Source: Rozella allomycis CSF55
Taxonomy: Eukaryota
Assembly (NCBI GenBank): GCA_000442015.1
Contig: KE561265.1
Coordinates: forward strand, 62,001 to 126,000
DNA: 64,000 nt
Reading direction: 5' to 3'
Shown: positions 9,934-21,455 of the stretch, piece by piece
Layout of the letters: the number at the start of each line of letters is the position of its first letter
Position numbering within the stretch: position 1 is the first letter of the stretch
Program-made: the position numbers and the translations under genes
Notes under the pieces: generated by a model
The model's input: the letters and a program-made list of their open reading frames with translations, nothing else
What the model was told of the DNA's origin: nothing
Databases searched by the model: none

Positions 9934-12581
9934 ATGTCTTTGGCTGATTCTGTTTTATTGCGTTCAGAAGGTAAGCGACCTTTTAAAATCAGAATAGAAT
10001 TTATTAACAGTGGAAATAGACCGCAAGCGTTGCAAGTGTTGTACGAGCATGTTATAAACAACAAGGCGCAACTAGTGCATGAGAATAGCCAAGAGGTTAT
10101 GAAAAGACTTGTAGTATTGTGTTTGAAGGAGAAGAAGTCTAGACATTTGAAGGATAGTTTGGTGCAGTATAGAAATATATGCCAGAATAGTCATCCCGAG
10201 TATGTGATTGAAGTTTTTGAGAGCTTTTTGAAAGAGTTGAAGGAGATGCAAAAAGAGTGTGAGCAAGAAAAAAAGGTGGAGATGGAAGAGGAAGAAGAGA
10301 TGTCAGCTGAAAAGGCAATGCTAGCAGCTCTTTGTGGAAATGTTAATTCGAATAATGGGAATAACAGTGCTGTTAATGCGGTGAAGATAGTTTGGGAGGG
10401 ATATAGAGTTTGTGTGTTGGATGTGATTAAGAATAATGTGAGATTTGAAGAGTTGTATGAAAAGGCTGTTATGGAAGCCGCTGAATTCTGTCAAAGGTTT
10501 AAGAGAAAGGGAGAGATTAGAAAGTTGAGTGATATTTTGAGAAATCATTTACATTTGGCTAATTCAAAAGCTGGGACGTTTCATTCAGTGAATTTGGGAG
10601 AAGAAAAGAGTGTTGAAAGATTTTTGGATGTTAGATTCAAATTGTTTGAGATNATGTTAGATTTAAATTGTTTGAGATATTGATAGAATTTGAATTGTGG
10701 CAAGAAGCATTGAAGACGATTGAAGAGTTGCAAGGGTTGTTGAGCAGCAATGCTAGAGAGAGTTTTTATTTGGAAAGATATTATTTGATGTTGGGCAAAT
10801 TGTTTGAAGCGCATGATAATCATTTAGGGGAAGCTATTTGCATGTCAAAGTTGATAATGCAAGGGGGCAAGAGAGAAGAAGAAATTGTTGATAAGTTTAT
10901 TTTGAGTGTGATTTGTTTGAGAGAAGAAAACAGTTCTAATGATAATGAAAGAATTAAATTTATTTTGGGGGTTAATACAATACCCACAAGAGATAAATTG
11001 ATTGTTGATATAAAGAAGAATGGATTATTGAAGCATTCAAGTGAAGCAGTTTCAAATTTGTTTAATTTGTTTGTAGTTGGAATAAATAAAATGAAAGAAA
11101 TTGATGGTTGTTTGAAAGAGTTAAGATTGAGCTATAAAAGATATATTTCTTTTATTCATGAATCATTTTTTAGAGAATTGGTTAAATTTTATAGAAAAGT
11201 TTACAATGTTTTGAATTTGACAAAGTTTGTTAAAGATTGTTTGTTGGAGAATAGTGATTGTAATGAATTTGATGTTGAATATTGGTTGCAGAAAGAAAAT
11301 GTTGTTTTAGATCATTCTAAAAATACTATTGAGTGGCGTAGTAGATTGATCTCTAGATTAGATGTGGCTGAGATCATATCTATTATTAGAAACATAATTC
11401 AACCGAAAGTGGAAATTAATTTGAAAAAGATTAAAGAAGAATTTTCACAAGAAGAGAATGAAGAGCCTCAAATGGAAACATTTCAAACGAAACAAATGAA
11501 AGAAATGGAAATGATTGAAATGGAGAATAGAAAGAGAAGACAAGAAATGGAAAAGAGAGAATTAGAAAAGTTAGAAAAAGAAAAAGAAATTATTGAAAAA
11601 CAAGAATCTATCAAATATTTCAAAGAACAAAAAAATAAATTAGAATCTGTTGGAATTGTTCTAGATAAAGATGTAAATGTTGAAAATTTTTCTAGATCTG
11701 AAATTGAAAATTATTTATTGAAAATTCAAGAAAAAGATCAAAAAGAAACAAATGAAAAAATGATTAAAATTGGAAAAAGAAATGACCATCGAGAAAGAGC
11801 TATAAGATTAGAAGAGAAAAAATTTTTATTAAACAATCTAAATCTAGAAAATGAAAAAAATAAAAATTATTTCATTGAAAAACAAAAAGAAAAAATTTCT
11901 TCTTTAAAACTAAAACATGAAAAAGATTTAAATCTAAAAAATAAATTTTCTCAAATAAATTCAATCTTTTCAAATTACAAATCTACAATAGATGAAAAAA
12001 GATTTGAAATTTATTCAAAATTAAAACATGAAAATGATTTGTTGAAACAAAAAGAAATTGAAAAGAGAGAAATTGAAAGAAAGGAATTGGAAAAGAAGGA
12101 AATGGAAAGAAGAGAAATTCAAAGAAAGGAAATGGAAAAGAGAGAATTAGAAAGAAAAGAATTTGAAAGAAGAGAATCAGAGAGAAGAGAAATGGAAAGA
12201 AAAGAAATGGAAAAGAGAGAAGCTGAAGTAAAGAAACCAATGGCTTGGAGAAGAAGTACAGCCACTCCTTCAGCCACGTTAACTTCTCCAGTTGTTGCTA
12301 CTCCTGTTAATGCTTCTCCTGTAACTTCTTCACCTGCACCCACAACTGCTAAATCTACTTCAATCTTTGGAGGTGCTGTTAGTTCTGACAAGGTTTTAGA
12401 AATGCAAAGACAAAGAGAGTTAGAAGTTGAAAGAAAAAAGAAGGAGAAAAGGGAACAAGAAAAATACTCTAATCCTTTCATGAGATCTCAGCCTACCACT
12501 AGTGCACAGCCACAACAGGCACAACAGGCACCTAGATCTGGAAGTGCCTTTGTTCCTCCACACAAAAGAAACAAGCAATAA
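9934..12581 (+). CDS. TIF32: Translation initiation factor eIF3 subunit A (divergent); apparent frameshift at N 10653 is a join artefact
   Basis: LLRSE/EFINSG, LKDSLVQYRNICQN, VWEGYR..LDVIKNNVRFEELY, FCQRFKRKGEIRKLSDILRNHL, ELWQEALKTIEEL, DHRERAIRLEE; intron 9971-9997. Confidence 0.88.
12054..12218 (+). repeat. Degenerate 15-bp coding repeat, 11 copies (E-x-E-K/R-K/R; predicted charged single alpha helix)
   Basis: gaaat(t/g)gaaa(a/g)... units; EIEKR EIERK ELEKK EMERR EIQRK EMEKR ... Confidence 0.85.
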
Positions 12582-12675
12582 ATAAATTAGTTTTAATTTA
12601 AATTTTAAGATAATTTTAAGATGTTTTTAATTTAAAATTATAATTTAATTTTAATCCATTTTAAATAGCTTGCAG

Positions 12676-15269
12676 TTAAAAGTCATTTATTTCGTTGTAA
12701 AATTCAATAGCTTTTGACCAATATTTTCTAGGGAATCTGTTCTCAAGGGAAAAGAGATTGTTATTTTCTCTTAAAGGATTTGAATTAATTTCATTATTTA
12801 ATGTGTCTATTAAAAAGGATGAATTGATTTCATCAAATAAGCTTCTTGCTACATCAGTGTTATCAAATGATGCTGAAATCAAAGTGGGAATTAAATATTC
12901 TGAAAATCTATTTTTAAAACAAGAAATTTACAAAATACTCTGTATAAAAATGGATTGGAAGAAGAGTTAATAATTGTATAATATTTGGACTGCTTCCAAA
13001 CAGTAACAAATTTTGATTTTCCTTGTTATTTAAACAGAAATACCCAATCAATAAACACAAGTATTTAAACAATGGAATAATAATCTTTTTTCTACTGGAA
13101 TAATTAACAAAAAATCTTATAAAGTGAAAAAATTCTACATTCAATGGACTACTGCCCACAACTGTTTGAAACAACTTTAAATTCCAATTGGCTAAATAAC
13201 AAAGTGTTTTAATGGCATTCAAGGAAATCTTTACCATTTCTAAACTCAACTCATTTTCTGGTAAACATTTTGAAGTTCCATTAATTAACAAAACTGCATC
13301 CATCATTGTAATAATTCCTTTAATCAACCTATAATAGAAATTACCAAGAACATTTTTAGACATTGCCCTTGCAAGTATCAAATCATCTTGTCTAATTTCT
13401 TGTCTCGTTATATTGTTTTCTACATTCAATTCAAACAACATTCTCATAAAATTCATCGTTGTTTCTAGAAAAAATATTTGATCTTCTGTGGGAGTATTCT
13501 GTATCTTTAAATAAACTTGTTCCAACAATCCAACTACATTCAACAACCCATACAATCTACTAAATGAAATACAATTCAATCACCTCAAATAAATATTTTT
13601 GTGAACTTTATTCATCTTTTCCATCATGCCATTCATCACTTGGAATAAATGTGAAACAATTTCAATCGAATAATTCGAATTCAGAAATTTCACACTTAGA
13701 TTTACGAAATTTACAAAATATGGAGAATTGAAAAATTCATTTTTTAATTTACTTTTCTCCAAGCAATTACAAAGATTTTTTACAACTTTTATTAATTCAT
13801 CAATTTCCATGCTTTCTACTATCTCCAAATCATTCAAACAATCAATCACATAGAGTGTCTCATTCATATTCCAATTCTTTAAATTATTCAACTCAACTTT
13901 TCTTGGATCTACAGAAAGATTAACAAATTTGGCTTTAAGCTTTCTTAAACTCTTTTTATTCAAATTGTAAAATTCAGAAATCTTTTTCCTTTGATCATTT
14001 TCAAATATTTTCAATTTCTCTTCTTTAACTGCTTTGATATTTTTCTTCACTCGAATATCTCTAGACTTTTCCAAAACCGCTGCGGCTCTTTCTTTTCTTT
14101 GCTCAATATGCTCTTCATGGATTTTACTTCCTTTCACCAGCCTTTCATTGATTTCTCTCTTTTTTTCTTGCTTATCTGCTTCATATTCCTGCTTTATTAA
14201 TTTCACCTTGCGCTCTTTCTCTTCCCTCGCCTCCTTTAACGCAATCGTCTGCATTAAATACGTTTCTCTGTTTTGCTCCACGGTTTTCTCTTTCTGTAAA
14301 TTAATTTGTAATTTTTTTATTCTTTCTGCTTCAATTATTTTCCTTCTTTCAAATGCCGCTTCTTCTTTGGCTTGCTGATCCTCCATTCTTTTCTTTCTTT
14401 CATCTTCTAATTCCATCAATCGGACTTCTGATTCTTCATGCTTTTTCAGATTCGCTTTAACTTGCTTTTTAATAACCCCTTTATTAGCCTCTTTTGTTCT
14501 TTCTATCTTTTCTTTCAGAATCGAATCTCTCAATTGAACCGCCTTTTCAATCTTTTCTTCAAACTTTTTCTGCTTTTCTTCACTCTTCATCTGCTCATTC
14601 AATGCATTTTCTTTATGTATTTGTTTCACCTTTTGCATCTTGTCTTGCAACTTTTTTTGCTTGATATCTTGAATTTCTCCCCTCTTTCTCTCTGCCATTA
14701 TCTAAATTATTCTTCAATTATCTTCCTACCTGCTTCATCTCTACTTTCTCCTTGTAATCTTCTCCTTTGTCCTTGTCAACCATTATAGTCTTCAGTGGTA
14801 CTTGCTTGCTTTAAATTTTTGTTACAATTTTACTTCAAGGCGTTTAGATAGTCCATGCTTCACCTTGTCAGACCACAGCGTTGGTCGTTCTGTTGAATGA
14901 ATTTCAATTGGTTGCAAAAGTAATTCAATAACTTGATCAATCTCAACACATTTTTCCTCGTAATATCTTTTTAATCTTTCACAATCATTCAAATTCTTTT
15001 GTCTCATAATATCATCGTGAGCACTTGAATATATAAGCTAAAGCACAAAGTTACTGTATCAGCATTTCCCATGGATTATTATTTTCTCTCATTTCTCTGT
15101 TCTTTATTCTATACTCTTGCTTTTCTTGATTCTCATTTCTGTTTCTTCTATTTGTCCCTCTTTTAATGTAGGTCCAGCCTTCGTCGTCCGTCCTAATCTA
15201 ATTCATAAAGTAATAATACTTTGCACTATTTTTAGGCTGTGATTGATAATTTATATCAGCTGTTATCAT
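12676..15269 (-). CDS. SCAPER: SCAPER-like protein (S-phase cyclin A-associated protein in the ER)
   Basis: N-terminal DDEGWTYIKRG, long E/K/R coiled coil, C-terminal LLIGYFCLNNKENQ..FGSSPNIIQLLTLLPIHFY..LIPTLISASFDN and FSLENRFPRKYWSKAIEFY matching the SCAPER C-terminal domain; start approximate. Confidence 0.75.
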
Positions 15270-15576
15270 GCCAAAACACCTGCTTAGTGTTGCCACTAAC
15301 TAACAAGGGTGCTAATATTTACTCTCATTGAATAAATGTGTTTGATAAGACTGATGGAGGCTAGTATGAAAAAGAAGGGGACCTACCTTGATGTAGGCTA
15401 ATTGCTACTAATCACTAATAAATAGGATCTATGTCATTATCATATAAATTCAATATGGATTTATCAAATTTGTCAATGGTTACTTGGTTAGTAAAATAAT
15501 ATCATCTTAATCAGACAGTTGTCTTACTCTTGAGCGTTTGATAGCAATTTTATAACACTTATATATACAGTGATAG

Positions 15577-15650
15577 GCCCTTGTAGCTCAATTGGATAGA
15601 GCGTCAGACTTCTAATCTGAAGGTTGCGAGTTCGATCCTCGCCAGGGGTA
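15577..15650 (+). tRNA. tRNA-Arg(TCT), intronless
   Basis: Cloverleaf: acceptor GCCCTTG/CAGGGGT, D-arm TAGCTCAATTGGATAGAGC, anticodon arm TCAGA-CTTCTAA-TCTGA, T-loop GTTCGATC, downstream T-tracts. Confidence 0.97.
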
Positions 15651-15709
15651 AATTTTAATTTTTTAAAACGATTCTCAAAATAGACAATTTTGTCCATGTA
15701 TCTTACTCA

Positions 15710-18473
15710 TTAAATGCCTTTTATTTCCGTCAAAGAAGAGAACGATGGCCTTTGCAATGGATCTTGGTTCCAACATTGCATTATCAAATCGGAGAGACGC
15801 GGATTGATGTTCTCATCAAATTTTGGCCTGATGCCTTTTTAAATAAAGATATAACATAATTACCCATTATTACATGTCGTATTATATTTTCGGTTGCATT
15901 TTCTTCAGATTGCAAAAGTTCATGCCACGCTCTCCTTTTATGTATCAGTTCATAAAGTATTATTCCAAAAGAATATACGTCGACTGCTTTATGCTCTTCG
16001 GTTACGTTTTTCTCTTTTAATTTAACCTTTGTAAGTAACTAAAAATATACCATTCTAGTTAAGTACCTCTGGGCTCGCATATGATATTGTTAGACCTAAT
16101 TTATCTTCTTTTTCTATCCCGGCTACAAGTTTATCATGGAAAATACTATCAACCATTCGAGCCAAACCAAAATCAGATATAACACATTCTTCGTCAGATA
16201 TTAAAATGTTTTCTGATTCAAAATATAAAATATAATTACGAGGCTTCAAGTCAAAATGAACAATTCCCTTGGAATGAATAAAGGCCATGCCAGATATTAT
16301 ACTTTGCATTACGTGTAGGACATATTGCTCAGTGATACGGTCTTTCCGATTTGATATAATGTCAAAAACATTTGTTTCATAAAATTTTAAAACCATGCAC
16401 ATTGGCTGACTAGTAAATCCAACAAATCTTGCGACATTTTGATGTTTAAGACCGCTGTGAATAGCAACTTCCATTAAGAATGCGTTTTTAGAATATGAAT
16501 CTAATTTCTCACCAGAGCATATCTATACCATTAAATGCTTTTATTGCAATATCTTCAACTTCAGGTGCAAATTTTCGATTCAATAATTTCCCACGATAAA
16601 CATCTGATGAAGCCCCGTAGCCAATCACATCGCCAATGACCGTCACATCTCTTTCCGGATCAATCTCCGCATAACCGGGTACACTCATTACAGTACTGCT
16701 GATTGCCTCTTTAAATATGTAGATTATTCATACCAAGGTCTGATCGAATGGTTCATTCTTTATAATATTTGACTCTGATAACGTCATTTTAGATTTTCCG
16801 TCCACCTTTTTCAGTACAATTTTTGTGGGGGTTGTTGGAATTTCAGGAGATGAAACCTCTCCGACATTTATATGACTCTTGTTTCTACCCAAAACTATTT
16901 TCGGGCTTTGATAGTCATTAGCAATCGCCGCCTCTCTGGTTTTTACGTTTGTTTCGAATAGTTTTTGAGAGTCTGCCATCGCAGAAGGAGACCTTACTGG
17001 AGTATTTGCTGCTATATCGATCTTTTTAGTAGAATTTAATAAAACGTTTTTCGAATTGGATACATTTTTTTCTTCACTATATTTTAACTAAAGAACTTTT
17101 TACATTGCTTGCCTCTTCCTTCTTCGTAGTATAGCAATCATGGTCCATGCAGAAGAAATAACAAAAAATCCTGCAATAGATCCGGTGAGGATTATCACAA
17201 TATTAAAATCGACTTGACCTAATTTCTGTTCAGTAGGTTTTAAGGTTGGGGACATCGAGGAAATTGGAGTAGTATACGAAAGATCTCCGTTGCTCAATAT
17301 ACTGTTAGAAAATATGCTACTCGAATATATAGCACTAATAGTCTGAATGAGTGTAGCCATAGTTGAAGAAATAGACGGTTGGGGACTGGTAGGTAAGGTA
17401 GCATCTTGCCCCAACAAAAATATTTCGGATAGGAAAAATGATGCACCTGATGGGAAGAAATTTACAAGAGAAATATTTGAAAAAATATTTGTAGGAATTA
17501 ATGAGGTTGGTACATATATTGCAGATGAATTGTGGGCAAAAGAACTGGCATTTAGAAATTGGGAAGATCGTATTAAAATATTGTCTACTTGAATATCAAA
17601 TAATGCAAGTAAGGGTCCTTTCAAGATGAAAACAATATTTCTGTAATCCGTTATGTTTGTCTTTTCAAATCTAAAAATTATCGACGACTGAATATAGACT
17701 CTTCTGGAAGGAACAAAATGTAAAATTTTGTTGTCGATAAATTCGAAGATAACGTTGTATTTCTGATCAATAGATAGTGCTCCTGTATCGTTGTAAGCGG
17801 GCCTATATACGTGCTTTTTCGAGTAAACTTCAGGCAATGAATATGAGAAATTCATGTTTCTAACTAAACAACTAACATTATATGCTGCTATCCTTCTTAT
17901 TGACAACCAAGACGGGTTGGTGCTTGCCGAGTCAAAGGTAAACCCTTGGACTTGAGTCAAATCTATGGCAAATATATTCAATGGGATATGATAAGTTTGA
18001 CGATTTTGTGGATTATATGATATTTCAGTTCGATTGATTTGAATCAGCGTTGAAAGCTTGATTGTTGAAAATGAATCTCTACTCACGCAGTTAGAGGCCA
18101 TATGGTTAATTGTCAAATTGAAATCCAAATTATTAGAAGGGTTTTCAATCTGTAATTCGAGAAAATTATATCCCGACAACGAAAACCCGCATGATGATGG
18201 GCCTTCACGACTTAAATAGAAATAGTTTGATACAGAATTAAAAAACCCATAAACTCCTGTAATGTTCACAACTAGGCTTCGAGAGAGTGTGTTATCATCC
18301 CCATAGTAAGTGAAGTTAATAAAATTATCAGATGCTGAAGTCCTTTCGTTGAATGATCCCATCAGCACACCGCAATTCGGGTATTTGTATAAATCAACGC
18401 CAACTTGCGCATACACAAGTCTAAATATGCATGTAAGATATAGAAAAGCCCAACTCTTGCCAACCCATTTCAT
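15710..18473 (-). CDS. Single-pass receptor-like protein kinase (TKL-type): signal peptide, ectodomain, S/T-rich stalk, TM, juxtamembrane region, kinase
   Basis: Signal-like MKWVGKSWAFLYLTCIFRLVYA; TM IVIILTGSIAGFFVISSAWTMIAIL followed by RRRKR; spliced kinase IGYGASSDVYRG, IAIK, HFDLKPQNIL, ISDFG, YASPE, VDVYSFGIILYEL, CWNQDPLQRPSF. Confidence 0.85.
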
Positions 18474-18784
18474 GTTGTCATGTGAACGGATTTGAAAAAT
18501 GGAAAAGCATTTTTCCGAATGTCAGAAACACGTTTGATCAACTCAAATCCTACCATATTCGACACTACTCATAGTTTCAAGCCGAGGTCGAGTGATTTTG
18601 ATGAGAATATACACGATTTAATAGACGAGGAAGAAATATTTGAGCTTATACGTAATATCAACGATCCAGAACATCCACTTACGTTGGAACAACTAAACGT
18701 TGTTCAAATGCAGCATATTAACATTACTGATGACTTTGTACTAGTAGAATTCACTCCAACTATACCCCACTGCTCTATGGCAAC
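18465..18784 (+). repeat. 320-bp near-identical duplicate of 18786-19105 (truncated CIA2 copy); probable allelic haplotype joined by a single N
   Basis: Exact 321-nt offset, N at 18785, about 6 substitutions. Confidence 0.85.
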
Positions 18785-18839
18785 NCCATTTCATGTTGTC
18801 ATGTGAACGGATTTGAAAAATGGAAAAGCATTTTTCCGA

Positions 18840-19328
18840 ATGTCAGAAACACGTTTGATCAACTCAAATCCTACCATATTCGACACTACTCATAGTTTCA
18901 AGCCGAGGTCGAGTGATTTTGATGAGAATATACACGATTTAATAGACGAGGAAGAAATATTTGAGCTTATACGTAATATTAACGATCCAGAACATCCGCT
19001 TACGTTGGAACAACTAAACGTTGTTCAAATACAACATATTAACATTACTAATGATTTTGTACTAGTAGAATTCACTCCAACTATACCCCACTGCTCTATG
19101 GCAACGTTAATTGGGCTATCTATCCGGGTCAGACTTCTGCACTGCCTACCTAAGCGATTCAGAGTAACGGTTATGATCAGAAAAGGTACACATCAATCAG
19201 AAGACGCAGTTAATAAACAGCTGGCTGACAAGGAACGCGTTGCGGCTGCGCTTGAGAACACTCACTTGGTTGAAGTTGTAAATCAATGCATTTCTAGGAC
19301 CTTAAAAGAAAACAATAACTTTAAATAA
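18840..19328 (+). CDS. CIA2: Cytosolic Fe-S assembly factor Cia2/FAM96B (MIP18)
   Basis: [60 protein letters not shown]. Confidence 0.96.
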   Translation: MSETRLINSNPTIFDTTHSFKPRSSDFDENIHDLIDEEEIFELIRNINDPEHPLTLEQLNVVQIQHINITNDFVLVEFTPTIPHCSMATLIGLSIRVRLLHCLPKRFRVTVMIRKGTHQSEDAVNKQLADKERVAAALENTHLVEVVNQCISRTLKENNNFK

Positions 19329-19362
19329 AAATTTAATTAAATGCATGCAAAATTTGGTGAAA

Positions 19363-20225
19363 TTATTGGAAATCGTAGCTTTGAGCCTTAAACTTCTCTC
19401 GAACAGGCTGAACCTTGAGGTTTTGGAACCTACTGACATAATTTGTATATCAATTACTTTTTTGAGCAAGGATAATAATAAAATGCACTAAGACTTCCTG
19501 TTTCTAAATGCATGCAGGCGTAATAGAAACCATCATATGAAGCTCCATTAAGGAATGGATTCGCTTTATAAGGCAGAACAAATTTTTCCTATATCTGTAC
19601 GAAAAATACATTACTTTTAGTCTCATGAAAACGTAATCTCCTTGAAGGGGATTTTCAATGAATAACTCGCCGTATGAGGATTTATCGTGTTCAACAAATT
19701 TATCTAGGAATTCGTAGAAAGGTGGAAACTTATTCCAGTGAATTAGATCTACAGCGTAATCTGCATGCTATTTTACAGATACATTTATCTTACCCATTTG
19801 TTAGTGTGGAAGGAATACTGTGGTCCTATGATTTCCCCTTCAAAATATGTAGTTAATGTAGGAATGTTCTAGAAACAAATATAATTAACAACTTACTGGA
19901 ACTAAATTTTCGATCTTGAGACTTCCTGACAAAAATCCTTCAGTAAGGTCCACTCTCTACATTAATCATAAATTTAGATTGTTACATCCAAAGTAATGGC
20001 AACTGGATATTTGATATTCGAAATAGATTCACCTGGAGTTTGATATCCTGTAAATAATGAACCAGCTCTGAGGAAACCATATTCCTTTCTCTTTGGGTCA
20101 TCATATTTAGTTGACGACTTTCTTCGTTTTATTGAAAGATCAAAGGCATGAATTGAAGCTTCTTTTTCCAGTATACTTTGTTGATCTTTCATGAGAGGTC
20201 TTTTCAGGGACTGGGTTTGTAACAT
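19363..20225 (-). CDS. GID4: GID complex N-recognin Gid4/Vid24
   Basis: FLRAGSLFTGYQ, spliced PTLTTYFEGEIIG, DLIHWNKFPPF, YVFMRLKEKF, NGASYDGFYY, FQNL. Confidence 0.88.
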
Positions 20226-20443
20226 AAAATTTCTAACTTTGGAATTTTCGGTCTATTTTTATCAATAAGATGTGATAAGAAAAAATGATTTTATCATGAT
20301 CAAATATGATTTTATTGCTCTGTAAATAGAATATCCTTGTCTTGTCCTATCCTTGCCAAAGTCTATTTTTAGATCTACTCACAACAGTCGCATAGATNGA
20401 ATATGATTTTATTGCTCTGTAAATGGAATATCCTTGTCTTGTT

Positions 20444-21391
20444 CTATCCTTGCCAAAGTCTATTTTTAGATCTACTGACAACGGTCGCATAGATGACATG
20501 ATAATTTCTACGATAAAGTTCCTCGACAGATATAACCATTTGAAATTTACAGACTATTTTGTTATCAATATTTTTCCTTGCAATCAAATATGTAGGCATA
20601 AATATAATCCAAAGGCAAGTAAGAAAGCACATTACTCTGACACATGTGTTATTGGCTAGACTAGATATTGCTGAGCTAGAGTAAACTTTAATTTTATCTG
20701 CACCAAGCTTCATCGTCACGGAAACTTCATGGTTGTATCCGGTCATCCTTATCACATTGTAGACCATGTTGATTGCGCCCTGTACATCCCAGTCTAATTG
20801 CTTCCGTAAAATTATTTGTTTTAATTTGTTTTCAGAAGAAGCATAAGAGTCTAAAACCTCACTGAATACACGATAGCTACCATCCTTTTCTGGAACGACC
20901 ACAAGAGCGCTCCATTGTTTTTGTACAAATGAAGATATATCTATTGAAAAATTAAAGTCTTCAACTGTGATTGTTTCTGTTCTTACTGAACTATGGGTCC
21001 TTCCGTCAGCGTCTTTAGTGTAAACAGTATGATGTCTGGTCTCATGATGGTATCCTCTAGCAGCAATAAAGACCCTTGGCGGATTTAAGTGTGTTAGGAA
21101 AAACTTCCATAGCTCTTCTTTACTGTAATCGAGACTTTTATCAAAAGACTTTATGTCACCATCGTTTTCTCTTTCAAACTTCACATTAGACGGTTGCCAG
21201 CTAGGACATGTTTGTGGAGTTAAAATGTACGTATCTGGAACACTGTCAAACGCAAAATAAGACGGAAGTTCTTCCACTTTGGGGTAGTAGGCAAAACCAT
21301 TCTGAGAGGTGAAATCAGAGTAAGAAGGTGGTGGTGGTGCAGATGCCTCTACAGGAAAATTTGGATTTAAGGCTTCTTCTGCTTTGCTCAT
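20444..21391 (-). CDS. Uncharacterised membrane-associated protein (315 aa) with N-terminal PPxY/LPxY motifs and a C-terminal hydrophobic segment
   Basis: Intronless ORF; PPPPSY, LPSY; CFLTCLWIIFMPTYLI hydrophobic stretch. Confidence 0.7.
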   Translation of the reverse strand: MSKAEEALNPNFPVEASAPPPPSYSDFTSQNGFAYYPKVEELPSYFAFDSVPDTYILTPQTCPSWQPSNVKFERENDGDIKSFDKSLDYSKEELWKFFLTHLNPPRVFIAARGYHHETRHHTVYTKDADGRTHSSVRTETITVEDFNFSIDISSFVQKQWSALVVVPEKDGSYRVFSEVLDSYASSENKLKQIILRKQLDWDVQGAINMVYNVIRMTGYNHEVSVTMKLGADKIKVYSSSAISSLANNTCVRVMCFLTCLWIIFMPTYLIARKNIDNKIVCKFQMVISVEELYRRNYHVIYATVVSRSKNRLWQG

Positions 21392-21455
21392 TGTTAAAAA
21401 TAGAATACAATATTTTGGAAATTTCGAAATTAGATGATATTTATTGAAGCAGATT

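Noticed and set aside
10628-10680. Apparent programmed frameshift in eIF3a
   Set aside because: A ~25-nt duplicate flanks the N at 10653; removing one copy and the N restores the frame.
15280-15570. ~290-nt spacer upstream of tRNA-Arg as a possible ncRNA or element remnant
   Set aside because: No convincing structure, ORF, terminal repeat or RNA motif seen; probably promoter sequence.
18492-18806. Apparent tandem paralogue or pseudogene of CIA2
   Set aside because: Ends exactly at a single N and restarts 321 nt earlier in the same sequence, the pattern of an unmerged contig overlap.
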